A stretch of DNA of 64,000 nucleotides from an uncultured Clostridia bacterium (GTDB lineage Bacteria > Bacillota > Clostridia > Oscillospirales > CAG-272). The notes under the pieces were generated by a model. It had not been told where the DNA came from. It saw only the letters and a list, made by a program, of their open reading frames with translations, and did no database searches. The position numbers and the translations under genes were made by a program. This document shows positions 10,567-19,013 of this stretch, one piece after another (position 1 is the first letter of the stretch; every line of letters begins with the position of its first letter). The stretch is taken from assembly GCA_947624995.1 (NCBI GenBank), contig CANQMS010000004.1:2139-66138 (forward strand), read 5' to 3'.

Positions 10567-10597
10567 AACGCGCGCGGCAGATGCCGCGCGCGTTTCC
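10567..10597 (+). terminator. Intrinsic terminator after groEL
   Basis: AACGCGCGCGGC-aga-tGCCGCGCGCGTT stem followed by a short T tract. Confidence 0.6.
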
Positions 10598-10763
10598 GCA
10601 TCTCCGGAAAAAGGTCACAGCCCCGTATTTCTCACCGCTCCGGATGTATTAAACGCTGATTCCGTGTGGAATACTGTTACCGTACCGTGTGATTGCACGT
10701 CGATTCACTACTTGTCCAAAATGGACAAAAACCGACTTTTGCAAGATATTTTTTGCATTACTA

Positions 10764-10792
10764 TTGACATATCCGCACATCAAGGGTATAAT
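10764..10792 (+). promoter_or_regulatory. Consensus sigma-A promoter of the LamG gene
   Basis: TTGACA-17 nt-TATAAT. Confidence 0.65.
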
Positions 10793-10834
10793 ATAATCGA
10801 ATCTTTTAAAAACACTTCTTTGGAGGAAGAAAAA

Positions 10835-11926
10835 ATGAAAAAGATCATCTCAATTGTAATGGTGGTAGCCATGATAGCAGCTCTCGCCTTTACAGTATCC
10901 GCTGATGACACGGCAGCCGCTCCCACGGACGGGCTGCTTGCTCATTTCACTTTTGATGATGCTGAAACCGGTCTGACCGGCAACGGCGCTAAGGCTACTC
11001 CCTCTACCGTTACCGCTACCGAAGGCGAAGAGAGGAGAATCCTTGCCATCGAAACCGGCGCGACTGCTTCGATTTCCGAAGACGCTGCGATAGGCGGCGG
11101 TGCTTACCAGTTCGACGGCACGTCATTCCTTACTCTTACGAAAGAGGACGGAAGCGGTCTGCTTGACGGTGTGGACTCCCTTACCATCTCCTACTGGGCA
11201 AAGACCGACACGACCACGCAGTGGCCCTTCTTCGCAACGCCGAATTTTGAGGGCGGTCCGAAGTCTCAGATTTATCTGAAGGAGACCTACTTCGGAATCC
11301 TTGAGAACAACGGGACACACGCTGAGCTTTACAACAGCCCGGCGAACAACAACCAGAGAAGCTACTCTACCTCAACTCCTACGGCAACGATCTTCAACGG
11401 TGAATGGCATCATGTCATCGTCGTTGTCGACACCGACAATGAGGATGAAACGCTGAGAAAAGTCACTGTCTACGTTGACGGTTACTTTGACAGCGAATCC
11501 ACACAGATCACTATCGAGCAGCACAAGCTCTCCGAGCTCCTCGGCTCGGATTACTCCGTAATGCTCGGCTACGCTCCGTGGGGATACAATGACAACCCGG
11601 CTCATGAGGGCGAATTCTCCAACAGCCTCCTTGACGATGTTTACATCTACGGTCGTGCTCTCAACGATGATGAGGTAAAGGCTCTCGACGCGGCTTCCGC
11701 AATGCCTAAGGAAGATCCGCCCGAAACGGATGCTCCCGGCGATGATACCGAGAAAGCTCCTGCCGGCACCGATAAGACTCCCGCAGATACGAATAAGCCC
11801 GCTGACAATTCCACTGAAACGTCTGCTCCCGCTGATGAAGGCGGATGCGGCTCGACACTCGGCGCTGCTGCCGCTGTCGTAGCTCTCACGGCTGTGTTCG
11901 GCTGCGCTATCGTTAAGAAGCACTGA
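10835..11926 (+). CDS. Secreted LamG / concanavalin-A-like lectin domain protein with a C-terminal TM anchor
   Basis: GGAGG SD and a signal peptide (MKKIISIVMVVAMIAALAFTVSA). LamG-like blocks are LTISYWAK, GEWHHVIVVVD, VYVDGY and LLDDVYIYGRALNDDEV. A Pro/Thr/Asp linker follows, and the protein ends GGCGSTLGAAAAVVALTAVFGCAIVKKH. Confidence 0.8.
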   Translation: MKKIISIVMVVAMIAALAFTVSADDTAAAPTDGLLAHFTFDDAETGLTGNGAKATPSTVTATEGEERRILAIETGATASISEDAAIGGGAYQFDGTSFLTLTKEDGSGLLDGVDSLTISYWAKTDTTTQWPFFATPNFEGGPKSQIYLKETYFGILENNGTHAELYNSPANNNQRSYSTSTPTATIFNGEWHHVIVVVDTDNEDETLRKVTVYVDGYFDSESTQITIEQHKLSELLGSDYSVMLGYAPWGYNDNPAHEGEFSNSLLDDVYIYGRALNDDEVKALDAASAMPKEDPPETDAPGDDTEKAPAGTDKTPADTNKPADNSTETSAPADEGGCGSTLGAAAAVVALTAVFGCAIVKKH

Positions 11927-11954
11927 GCATAGTATAAACAAAAAAAGCTATCAT

Positions 11955-11985
11955 AAAAAAGCGCCCCACGCGGGGCGCTTTTTTT
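11955..11985. terminator. Bidirectional intrinsic terminator
   Basis: AAAAAAGCGCCCC-acg-cGGGGCGCTTTTTTT. Confidence 0.8.
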
Positions 11986-12097
11986 ACCTTTCGCGGTTTT
12001 GGCATATAAAAGATATGCCGCCGAGGCGTGTCGGAATATAGTACGGCGGCGCCGAAGCACGCCGCAGCAAACGCGAACAAAAATAAAGGATATAAAA

Positions 12098-12142
12098 GGC
12101 TCCGGGGAAAGTTCTGCTTCCTTCCCCGGAGCTGATTTTTTT
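12098..12142. terminator. Terminator hairpin serving the minus-strand ABC operon (T tracts on both strands)
   Basis: GGCTCCGGGGAA ... TTCCCCGGAGC stem with TGATTTTTTT on the plus strand and CTTTTAT on the minus strand. Confidence 0.65.
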
Positions 12143-12175
12143 CTTTATAGGATTAGAATGATCCTCGCCGCCGTT

Positions 12176-13936
12176 TTAAACCGCCGCGAACTGGCTCTCC
12201 CAGAGGTGCCGGTAGAATCCGCCGCGCGCGAGCAGCTCCTCGTGCGTTCCCTGCTCGATTATGTCCCCGTCCCGCATGACGAGGATGAGATCGGAGCCGC
12301 GTACTGTTGAGAGTCGGTGCGCGACGATGAACGCGGTGCGCCCCGCCATCATTTTTGTGAACGCGCGGCTGATCCGCGCCTCCGTGCGCGTATCTATCGA
12401 GGATGTCGCCTCGTCGAGGATCAATATCGGCGGGATCGAGAGCATGATGCGCGAGATCGAAAGAAGCTGCCGCTGCCCCTGCGAGAGCGATTCCCCGCCC
12501 TCTCCGAGCATTGTGTCATACCCGTGCGGCAGGCGGCGTATAAATCCGTCCGCGTGTGCGGCGCGCGCCGCCGCAACCATTTCTTCATCCGTCGCGTCCG
12601 GTCTTCCGAGCTTGATGTTTTCGCGTACGGTGCAGGACTTGATCCACGTGTCCTGGAGCACCATGCCGTATGAGGCGCGCAGGCTGTGCCGCGTTACGGA
12701 GCGGATATCGTGCCCGTCGACGGTGATCTTCCCACCCGTCACGTCATAGAAGCGCAGGAGCAGGTTTATGAGCGTTGTCTTCCCGCAGCCGGTCGGTCCG
12801 ACTATGGCGATGTGCTGACCCGCGCGGACGTCGATGTTTACGTCGCGTATGAGCGGGCGCTCGGGCGTATACGAGAACGAGATGTGATCGAACGAAACGT
12901 CCCCGGCGGCGTCCGTCAAGGTCACCGCTCCGTCCCCGTCCGGCGCTTCAGGCGCCTCTCCCGTCAGCTCAAGCAGGCGCGCCGCGGAGGCGAGGGACGC
13001 GCCAAGCTCCGTCACAACGCCGGATATTTCATTGAACGGCTTTGAATACTGGTTTGCATATGAGAGAAAGCTCGTCAGCATCCCGACGCTTATGCCGCCT
13101 CCTATCGCCGTCAGCGCGCCCGTGAGCGCGACGGCGGCATACACGACGGCGTTCAAAAACCGCGTCGTCGGATTCGTCAGGGACGAGAAGAATATCGCCG
13201 AAACGGAACATTTCGTGAGGCGGTCGTTGATCCCGTCGAATTCTCCGAGCGTCATCTCCTCGCGGCAGAACGACTTCACCGTTTTCTGCCCCGCGATCAT
13301 CTCGTCTATATACGACGTCATCTCGCCCCTCACCTCGGACTGGCGGCGGAACATCGAATACGTCCGCCCCGCGATGAATTTCGCGACGAAGATCGACATC
13401 GGCGTCAGCACCGCGACGGCAAGCGTGATCCACACGTTTATCGTCAGCATGAACAAAAGCGTCCCGATCACCGTCAGCACGCCGGTGAAAAGCTGCGTGA
13501 ATCCGAGCAGGAGCCCGTCCGAGAATTTGTCCGCGTCCGCGACGAGGCGGCTGACGATCTCGCCAGCCGGGTGGCTGTCGAGGTACGAGAGCGGCAGCGT
13601 CTGTATGTGCCTGTGCGCCGCGCAGCGTACGTCGCGCACGACGCCGTATACAACGCGGTTGTTCAGCATCCCGGAGATCCACTGTGCCGCCCCGGCGACG
13701 GCTGCCATTATGACGGTGCCGTACAGTATCGGCATGATCGCGTCAAAGTTGACCTTGCCTTCGCCGATGATATTGTCGACGACACTGCCTATCCTTATAG
13801 GGATCAGGAGCGTCAGGACGACCGTGACCGCGGAGAGCAGCACGGACGCCGCGATGTGGATCATATACGGCTTTATTGCCCGGAAAATAAATTTCCACGT
13901 GCGACTGTTTTCAGCTGTATTTCTGCTCTTTTTCAT
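12176..13936 (-). CDS. ABC exporter permease/ATPase, consensus-site half of a heterodimer
   Basis: Six-TM domain plus NBD with Walker A GPTGCGKTT, signature LSQGQRQ and Walker B ILILDEATS. The start ATG overlaps the upstream stop (ATGA). Confidence 0.9.
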   Translation of the reverse strand: MKKSRNTAENSRTWKFIFRAIKPYMIHIAASVLLSAVTVVLTLLIPIRIGSVVDNIIGEGKVNFDAIMPILYGTVIMAAVAGAAQWISGMLNNRVVYGVVRDVRCAAHRHIQTLPLSYLDSHPAGEIVSRLVADADKFSDGLLLGFTQLFTGVLTVIGTLLFMLTINVWITLAVAVLTPMSIFVAKFIAGRTYSMFRRQSEVRGEMTSYIDEMIAGQKTVKSFCREEMTLGEFDGINDRLTKCSVSAIFFSSLTNPTTRFLNAVVYAAVALTGALTAIGGGISVGMLTSFLSYANQYSKPFNEISGVVTELGASLASAARLLELTGEAPEAPDGDGAVTLTDAAGDVSFDHISFSYTPERPLIRDVNIDVRAGQHIAIVGPTGCGKTTLINLLLRFYDVTGGKITVDGHDIRSVTRHSLRASYGMVLQDTWIKSCTVRENIKLGRPDATDEEMVAAARAAHADGFIRRLPHGYDTMLGEGGESLSQGQRQLLSISRIMLSIPPILILDEATSSIDTRTEARISRAFTKMMAGRTAFIVAHRLSTVRGSDLILVMRDGDIIEQGTHEELLARGGFYRHLWESQFAAV

Positions 13937-15654
13937 GCGGACGCCTCCTTTCTCTGCGAGTCGTGTATCTCGCGGTAGACCGCGCACGACGCGAGCAGCT
14001 CTTCATGCGTCCCCATGCCGACGCACTCGCCGTCGTCAAGGACGATTATCATGTCGGCGTGCATTATCGAGGAGGTCCGCTGCGAGACGACAAAGACCGT
14101 CGGCTTCGGTTCGAGCGCGGCGAGAGAGGCGCGGAGCGCGGCGTCCGTCGCAAAATCGAGCGCGGAGGAGCTGTCGTCAAGAATGAGTATGTCCGCGCCG
14201 GTGACAAGCGCGCGCGCTATCGTTAAGCGCTGGCGCTGCCCGCCGGAGAAGTTGACGCCGCCGCGCTCGACAGGCTCATCGAGCCCCCCGTCCTTTGACG
14301 CGATGACGTCCGCCGCCTGCGCGGTTTTGACGGCGCTCGCGACCTCCGCATCCGTCGCGTCCGGTCTGCCGAAGAGGATGTTGTCCCGTACGGTCCCGCG
14401 GAACAGCGGCGCGCCCTGACTTACGACGGCAACGCGGCGCCGCAGCGTCCCGCGGTCGATATCGTTGACGTTCTCGCCGTAAACGCGGACAACCCCCGCC
14501 GTCGCGGGATAAAACGCGGGGATCATGTTTACAAGCGAGCTCTTTCCGGAGCCCGTGCCGCCGATTATGCCGACAGTCTGCCCGCGCCGGACGCGGAACG
14601 ATATGTCGGAGAGCGCGTCGCTGCCGCCGTTTTTATATCGCAGAGAGACCCGGTCGAATTCGACCGCGTACTCCGCGTTCACATCAAGCTCAGTGACGCA
14701 CCCGTTCTCTTCCTCCGGCAGCATGATGATCGACTCGATGCGATTTGCGGAGGCGACGGAGCGCGTCACGTTGATTATGAGGTTCGCGAGCTTGACGAGC
14801 TCGACGAGGATCTGCGACATGTAGTTGTAGAGCGCGATGACCTCGCCCGTCTCGATCATTCCGGCGTCGACGCGCAGCGCGCCGACGTAGACGAGGACGA
14901 CGGCGGCAAGGTTTATCAGCACGAACGTTAACGGATTTAAAAGCGCCGATATCCTGCCGACAAATCGCTGTGACGCGGCGAGCGCGTCTCCGCGCTTTTC
15001 AAATTCCGCGATCTCGTCCGCCTCCCTGCCGAACGCGCGCAAAACGCGCACCCCGAGCAGGTTTTCCCGCGCGGAGAGCAGGACCTTGTCGAGCGCCTGC
15101 TGCACTTTTTTGTAGAGCGGTATCGAGACGAGCATGATCGCAAAGACGGCGAGTGCGAGCACCGGTATCGTCACGGCGAAGACAGATGCGGCGTGCGCGT
15201 CTATCGTGAACGCCATCACCATCGCGCCGAAAACGACGAACGGCGAGCGCAGAAGCAGGCGCAGTGTGAGGTTCAGCCCCGTCTCGACCTGGTTCATGTC
15301 GCTCGTGAGCCTTGTCACCATCGTTGAGGTGCCGAGCCCGTCGAGCGTCGAATAGTCGAGCTTGCCGATGTGCCGGAACAGCGCGCGGCGCAGCTTTGAA
15401 GTGCAGCCGACGGACGCCTTTGCGGCGAAATATTGCGCCGCGACAGTACACGACAGCCCGATGACGCCGAGCGCGACCATCAGCACAGCCATCCACACGA
15501 TGTGAGTGCGGTCGCCGTTTTTTATGCCCACGTCGACGATATCCGCGACGACGAGCGGAACGAACAGTTCAAACGTCGCTTCGAGCAGTTTGAACAAGGG
15601 ACCGAGCAGGCTCTCCTTCAGATATGAGCGTAAATAATGAAATACCTGACGCAA
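13933..15654 (-). CDS. ABC exporter permease/ATPase, degenerate-site half of a heterodimer
   Basis: Walker A GGTGSGKSS, signature FSGGQRQR, Walker B ILILDDSSS (Asp where the catalytic Glu normally sits). TTG start with GGAG 7 nt upstream. Confidence 0.9.
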   Translation of the reverse strand: MRQVFHYLRSYLKESLLGPLFKLLEATFELFVPLVVADIVDVGIKNGDRTHIVWMAVLMVALGVIGLSCTVAAQYFAAKASVGCTSKLRRALFRHIGKLDYSTLDGLGTSTMVTRLTSDMNQVETGLNLTLRLLLRSPFVVFGAMVMAFTIDAHAASVFAVTIPVLALAVFAIMLVSIPLYKKVQQALDKVLLSARENLLGVRVLRAFGREADEIAEFEKRGDALAASQRFVGRISALLNPLTFVLINLAAVVLVYVGALRVDAGMIETGEVIALYNYMSQILVELVKLANLIINVTRSVASANRIESIIMLPEEENGCVTELDVNAEYAVEFDRVSLRYKNGGSDALSDISFRVRRGQTVGIIGGTGSGKSSLVNMIPAFYPATAGVVRVYGENVNDIDRGTLRRRVAVVSQGAPLFRGTVRDNILFGRPDATDAEVASAVKTAQAADVIASKDGGLDEPVERGGVNFSGGQRQRLTIARALVTGADILILDDSSSALDFATDAALRASLAALEPKPTVFVVSQRTSSIMHADMIIVLDDGECVGMGTHEELLASCAVYREIHDSQRKEASA

Positions 15655-15737
15655 ATTATTTCTCCGAAAAGCAGATTTCAGCTATATTATACTTTATAGT
15701 GACGGATAAATCAAGAGCCGCCGGCAGCCGGGAGCGC

Positions 15738-15770
15738 AAAAAAGGGAGGGACCTGTAAAAAGTCCCTCCC
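15738..15770 (-). terminator. Intrinsic terminator of the CAP-domain gene
   Basis: The minus strand reads GGGAGGGAC-loop-GTCCCTCCC followed by TTTTTTGCG. Confidence 0.75.
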
Positions 15771-15776
15771 GAGATT

Positions 15777-16607
15777 TCAGCCGGTGAACATCTGCGTCCA
15801 GTAGTTCCCGTCCGCGACGTAACCGATGCCGATGCGTCTGTATCGTCTGTCTAAAATATTCGCGCGGTGCCCGGGCGAATTCATCCAGCCGTCGACGACT
15901 GCCTCCGGCGTTCTGTAGCCGTATGCGATATTCTCGCCCGCAGCGCGGTATGTAATGCCGAATGATTTCATCATGTCAAACGGCGAGCCGTATGTGGGCG
16001 AGGTGTGATCGAAGTAGCCGAGGTCGTGCATGTCCTGTGATTTCAGTCTCGCTATCCGTGAGAGCTCCTCATCGAATACGAGCTCGGAAAGTCCGTTTTC
16101 GCGGCGTATCTCGTTGACAAGCCTTGCGACCTCGCGCTCAAAGCTGCTCCGCGTCGGCACGTCCGTTTCGGGAGCGCTTGTTCCGGGAGTGCCCGTCTCG
16201 GGTGCGCTTGTTCCGGGCGTGGTCGTATCGGGAGCGCCCGTATCGGGAGCGCCCGTTTCGGGAGCGGTCGTATCGGGAGCGCCCGTTTCGGGAGCGGTCG
16301 TATCGGGCGCGCTTGTTCCAGGCGCGGTCGTGTCCGGCGCTGACGTCTCGTTTGAGTGTGCGTCGCGAACTGCGCCTTTGTTACCTTCCCCGTCTGTCGG
16401 GTATTCGGCGTACCCCTCCCCCGCCGCCGTTTCGCCGTCCGTCGGCTGCGCCGTATTCTCATCTGCTGCCGCCTCCGTATTGAAAGCGCCGCCGGTCACC
16501 GTATCGCTGTTCCGCGCCGGTCGGGCGGATGCATGTTCGCCGCATCCGGAGAGCGCGATCGCGAGCGCGGATATAATAAGGGTCAAAAGTATTGCGAGTT
16601 TCTTCAT
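15777..16607 (-). CDS. Lipoprotein with a Pro/Thr/Asp/Gly repeat linker and a C-terminal CAP/SCP (YkwD-like) domain
   Basis: Lipobox LSGC. Repeats of the type APDTTAPETG. CAP block NEIRRENGLSEL ... GENIAYGY ... WMNSPGHRANIL. Confidence 0.85.
   Translation of the reverse strand: MKKLAILLTLIISALAIALSGCGEHASARPARNSDTVTGGAFNTEAAADENTAQPTDGETAAGEGYAEYPTDGEGNKGAVRDAHSNETSAPDTTAPGTSAPDTTAPETGAPDTTAPETGAPDTGAPDTTTPGTSAPETGTPGTSAPETDVPTRSSFEREVARLVNEIRRENGLSELVFDEELSRIARLKSQDMHDLGYFDHTSPTYGSPFDMMKSFGITYRAAGENIAYGYRTPEAVVDGWMNSPGHRANILDRRYRRIGIGYVADGNYWTQMFTG
16161..16350. repeat. Imperfect in-frame tandem repeats (about 15-30 nt units) encoding the Pro/Thr-rich linker
   Basis: Units such as cgtttcgggagcggtcgtatcgggagcgcc recur back to back. 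Confidence 0.8.
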
Positions 16608-16704
16608 TTCCGCACTTCCTCCTGCCGTGTGAATTTCGTTTACGTCTCAATTGTACATCAGGAGCGGCAAAAAGTAAACCTGTAAGTCTTGGCACCTTTT
16701 CCGG

Positions 16705-16733
16705 TTGATTTTTGCTCTGCTTTATGGTAAAAT
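16705..16733 (+). promoter_or_regulatory. Sigma-A-type promoter of malQ
   Basis: TTGATT-17 nt-TAAAAT (TGG precedes the -10). Confidence 0.55.
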
Positions 16734-16781
16734 ATCCGGGACAGCGCAAACGTGCGCAATATATCCAAAAGGGACATTTTT

Positions 16782-18227
16782 ATGAGACGCCAAAGCGGAG
16801 TTCTGCTCCACATTTCATCCCTGCCCGGCGACTACGGCTGCGGCAGCTTCGGCAAAGACGCCGAACGCTTTATAGACAGGATCGCGGACGCCGGTTTTGC
16901 ATATTGGCAGGTGCTGCCGTTCTGCATACCCGACTTCTACGGCTCACCGTACAGCTCGGTATCGACATTCTCCGGCAATCCGTTTTTTATCGACCTCGAC
17001 ACGCTTTGTGCCGACGGTTTTTTGACAAAGTCCGAGCTTTCGCGCGAGCTATCCCCCTCCCCCTATTCGTGCGACTTCTCCGCCCTCTCGAAGACGCGGC
17101 TGCCGCTCCTCCGCCTCGCCGCCTCTCGCGCGTGCAAGGACGAAAAAACCGTCCGCGCCGTCGACGAATTCATGAGCGAGCACGAGCGCGTCGGTGCGCT
17201 CTGTCGCTTTATGGCGATCAAGGAAAGGCACGGCGGCGCGCACTTTCTCAAATGGGACGATGAAAGCTATGACGAAGACGCGCTCTTCGCATGGCGCTTC
17301 ATAGAATATGAATTCTTCCGCCAGTGGGCAAAAATACGCGACTACGCGCACAGGCGCGGAGTCAAAATAATCGGCGACATTCCGTTTTACGTTTCGCTCG
17401 ACAGCAGCGACGTATGGAGCGAGCCCGAGCAGTTCCAGCTTGACGGGGAGCGCCGCCCGACTTTGGTCGCGGGCGTTCCGCCCGACTATTTCTCCGCGGA
17501 CGGGCAGCTCTGGGAAAATCCGCTTTACGATTGGGAGCGCATGGGGCGCGACGGCTTTTCGTTTTGGCGCGACAGGCTCTCGTTCATGCTCTCGCTCTAT
17601 GACGGCGTCCGCATCGACCATTTCCGCGCGGTCGAGTCGTACTACCGCGTCAAGGCGGGCGAAAAGACGGCGAAGAACGGCGAATGGGTAAAGGGTCCGG
17701 GTGAGGCGTTCGTCGACATGATCCGCGACGTCGCGGGCGACAAGCTCATAATCGCCGAGGACCTCGGCGACATCACGGACGATGTGCGTGAGCTGCTCGA
17801 TTACAGCGGCTTCCCCGGAATGAGGGTGCTCCAGTTCGGCTTCCTCGGCGGCGGGGACTCCTGCCACCGCCCGCACAACTACATAAACAACTGCGTCGCC
17901 TACACGGGTACGCACGACAACAACACGATGCTCGGCGCCATCTGGGAGATGCCTCCGCATATGCGCGCGGAGCTCTTCGATTACTGCGGCTGCCCGGACG
18001 ACTGGAACCGCGCGCGCGAGCGCGTTGTCCGGACCGTCATCGCCTCGTCCGCCGGGCTCGCGATAATCCCGATACAGGATATCCTCGGTTACGGCGCCGA
18101 CACGCGGATGAACACCCCGGGCGTCGCCGAGGGCAACTGGCGTTTCCGCGTCACGCGCGAGCAGTTAGCGGGAATAAATGCCGCCGCATACCGCAAAATG
18201 AACGAGCTCTACGCGCGCTACATGTGA
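16782..18227 (+). CDS. malQ: 4-alpha-glucanotransferase (amylomaltase, GH77)
   Basis: MRRQSGVLLHISSLPGDYGCGSFG..., DHFR and YTGTHDN motifs. The start was moved to the ATG at 16782. Confidence 0.92.
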   Translation: MRRQSGVLLHISSLPGDYGCGSFGKDAERFIDRIADAGFAYWQVLPFCIPDFYGSPYSSVSTFSGNPFFIDLDTLCADGFLTKSELSRELSPSPYSCDFSALSKTRLPLLRLAASRACKDEKTVRAVDEFMSEHERVGALCRFMAIKERHGGAHFLKWDDESYDEDALFAWRFIEYEFFRQWAKIRDYAHRRGVKIIGDIPFYVSLDSSDVWSEPEQFQLDGERRPTLVAGVPPDYFSADGQLWENPLYDWERMGRDGFSFWRDRLSFMLSLYDGVRIDHFRAVESYYRVKAGEKTAKNGEWVKGPGEAFVDMIRDVAGDKLIIAEDLGDITDDVRELLDYSGFPGMRVLQFGFLGGGDSCHRPHNYINNCVAYTGTHDNNTMLGAIWEMPPHMRAELFDYCGCPDDWNRARERVVRTVIASSAGLAIIPIQDILGYGADTRMNTPGVAEGNWRFRVTREQLAGINAAAYRKMNELYARYM

Positions 18228-18276
18228 CCGAGCGTGATATTCGGCGGAAAGTTTTAAAAAAAGTCCGCCTAATATC

Positions 18277-18305
18277 TTGACAAGCGTATAGCGTTATGAT
18301 AAAAT
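18277..18305 (+). promoter_or_regulatory. Sigma-A-type promoter upstream of tRNA-Ser
   Basis: TTGACA-17 nt-TAAAAT. Confidence 0.6.
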
Positions 18306-18359
18306 ATGAGGGCTGTCGGAAAGTCGGTTTGATCCGGCGCGGCAGCCCCATATCGTTTT

Positions 18360-18448
18360 GGAGAAGTCGCCTAGTTGGTCGAGGGCGCGCGACTGGAAAT
18401 CGCGTAACCGCCAAAAACGGTTCAAGAGTTCGAATCTCTTCTTCTCCG
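18360..18448 (+). tRNA. tRNA-Ser (anticodon GGA), CCA not encoded
   Basis: Hand-folded cloverleaf: acceptor GGAGAAG/CTTCTCC, anticodon stem CGCGA/TCGCG with loop CTGGAAA, long variable arm AACCG/CGGTT, T-arm AAGAG-TTCGAAT-CTCTT. Confidence 0.9.
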
Positions 18449-18450
18449 TT

Positions 18451-18484
18451 AAAAATCGGCAGAGCGCAGCTCTGCCGATTTTTA
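18451..18484 (+). terminator. Intrinsic terminator after tRNA-Ser
   Basis: ATCGGCAGAGC-gca-GCTCTGCCGAT followed by TTTT. Confidence 0.8.
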
Positions 18485-18490
18485 CCTTTT

Positions 18491-18518
18491 CACTCTTCAC
18501 TCTTCACTCTTCACTCTT
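18491..18518. repeat. Heptanucleotide microsatellite (CACTCTT)x4
   Basis: Four perfect tandem copies. The flanking 16-mer CCTTTTCACTCTTCAC (18485-18500) has an exact inverted copy at 18563-18578. Confidence 0.9.
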
Positions 18519-18658
18519 CACCGCGTGCTCTCCTTGCCGCTTTTTGGAAGTAATAGGTAATAGTGAAGAGTGAAAAGGTGTCGGCGTTCGCAGCACGGGA
18601 GAGGTGCGGTTCTGAGCTAAAAAATTCGCGGAAATTAAAAAATTTCTTCTGCTGCCTA

Positions 18659-18687
18659 TTGCATTTCCGATTTTCTTATGATATAAT
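18659..18687 (+). promoter_or_regulatory. Sigma-A-type promoter of rpmB
   Basis: TTGCAT-17 nt-TATAAT. Confidence 0.6.
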
Positions 18688-18741
18688 ACCTTTGTTCGTG
18701 ATTTGATGATGATTTATTCATATATTTGGAGGTGTATCTCT

Positions 18742-18930
18742 ATGGCAAAATGCTGTATCTGCGGTAAGGGCGTGACCTTCGGTCACAATGTTTCTCACTC
18801 CGAGCGCAAGACGTCGAGAACGTGGAAACCCAACATCAGAAAAGTTCGCATAGATGATAACGGCACTCACAAGACCGTTAGCATTTGCTCTCGCTGCCTT
18901 CGCTCCGGCAAGGTAACGCGCGCCGTCTGA
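18742..18930 (+). CDS. rpmB: 50S ribosomal protein L28
   Basis: MAKCCICGKGVTFGHNVSHSERKTSRTWKPNI... with a GGAGGTG SD. Confidence 0.93.
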   Translation: MAKCCICGKGVTFGHNVSHSERKTSRTWKPNIRKVRIDDNGTHKTVSICSRCLRSGKVTRAV

Positions 18931-18950
18931 TCGTTTTAGTAAACGCGCAG

Positions 18951-18989
18951 GGGCAGACTTTTTCACAAAAGTCTGCCCGTTTTTATTTC
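18951..18989 (+). terminator. Intrinsic terminator after rpmB
   Basis: GGGCAGACTTT-loop-AAAGTCTGCCC followed by GTTTTTATTT. Confidence 0.8.
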
Positions 18990-19013
18990 TTTTACGCGCC
19001 GGAGGTATAATTT

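Noticed and set aside
16161-16350. Possible CRISPR array or other spacer-repeat structure, here and in the heptamer tract at 18491-18518.
   Set aside because: The repeats are contiguous with no unique spacers. At 16161-16350 they are in-frame coding repeats of a Pro/Thr linker. No cas genes are present in the window.
18360-18700. Genomic island or prophage integration at tRNA-Ser.
   Set aside because: There is no integrase, no duplicated tRNA 3' end and no compositional island downstream. rpmB follows immediately with its own promoter.
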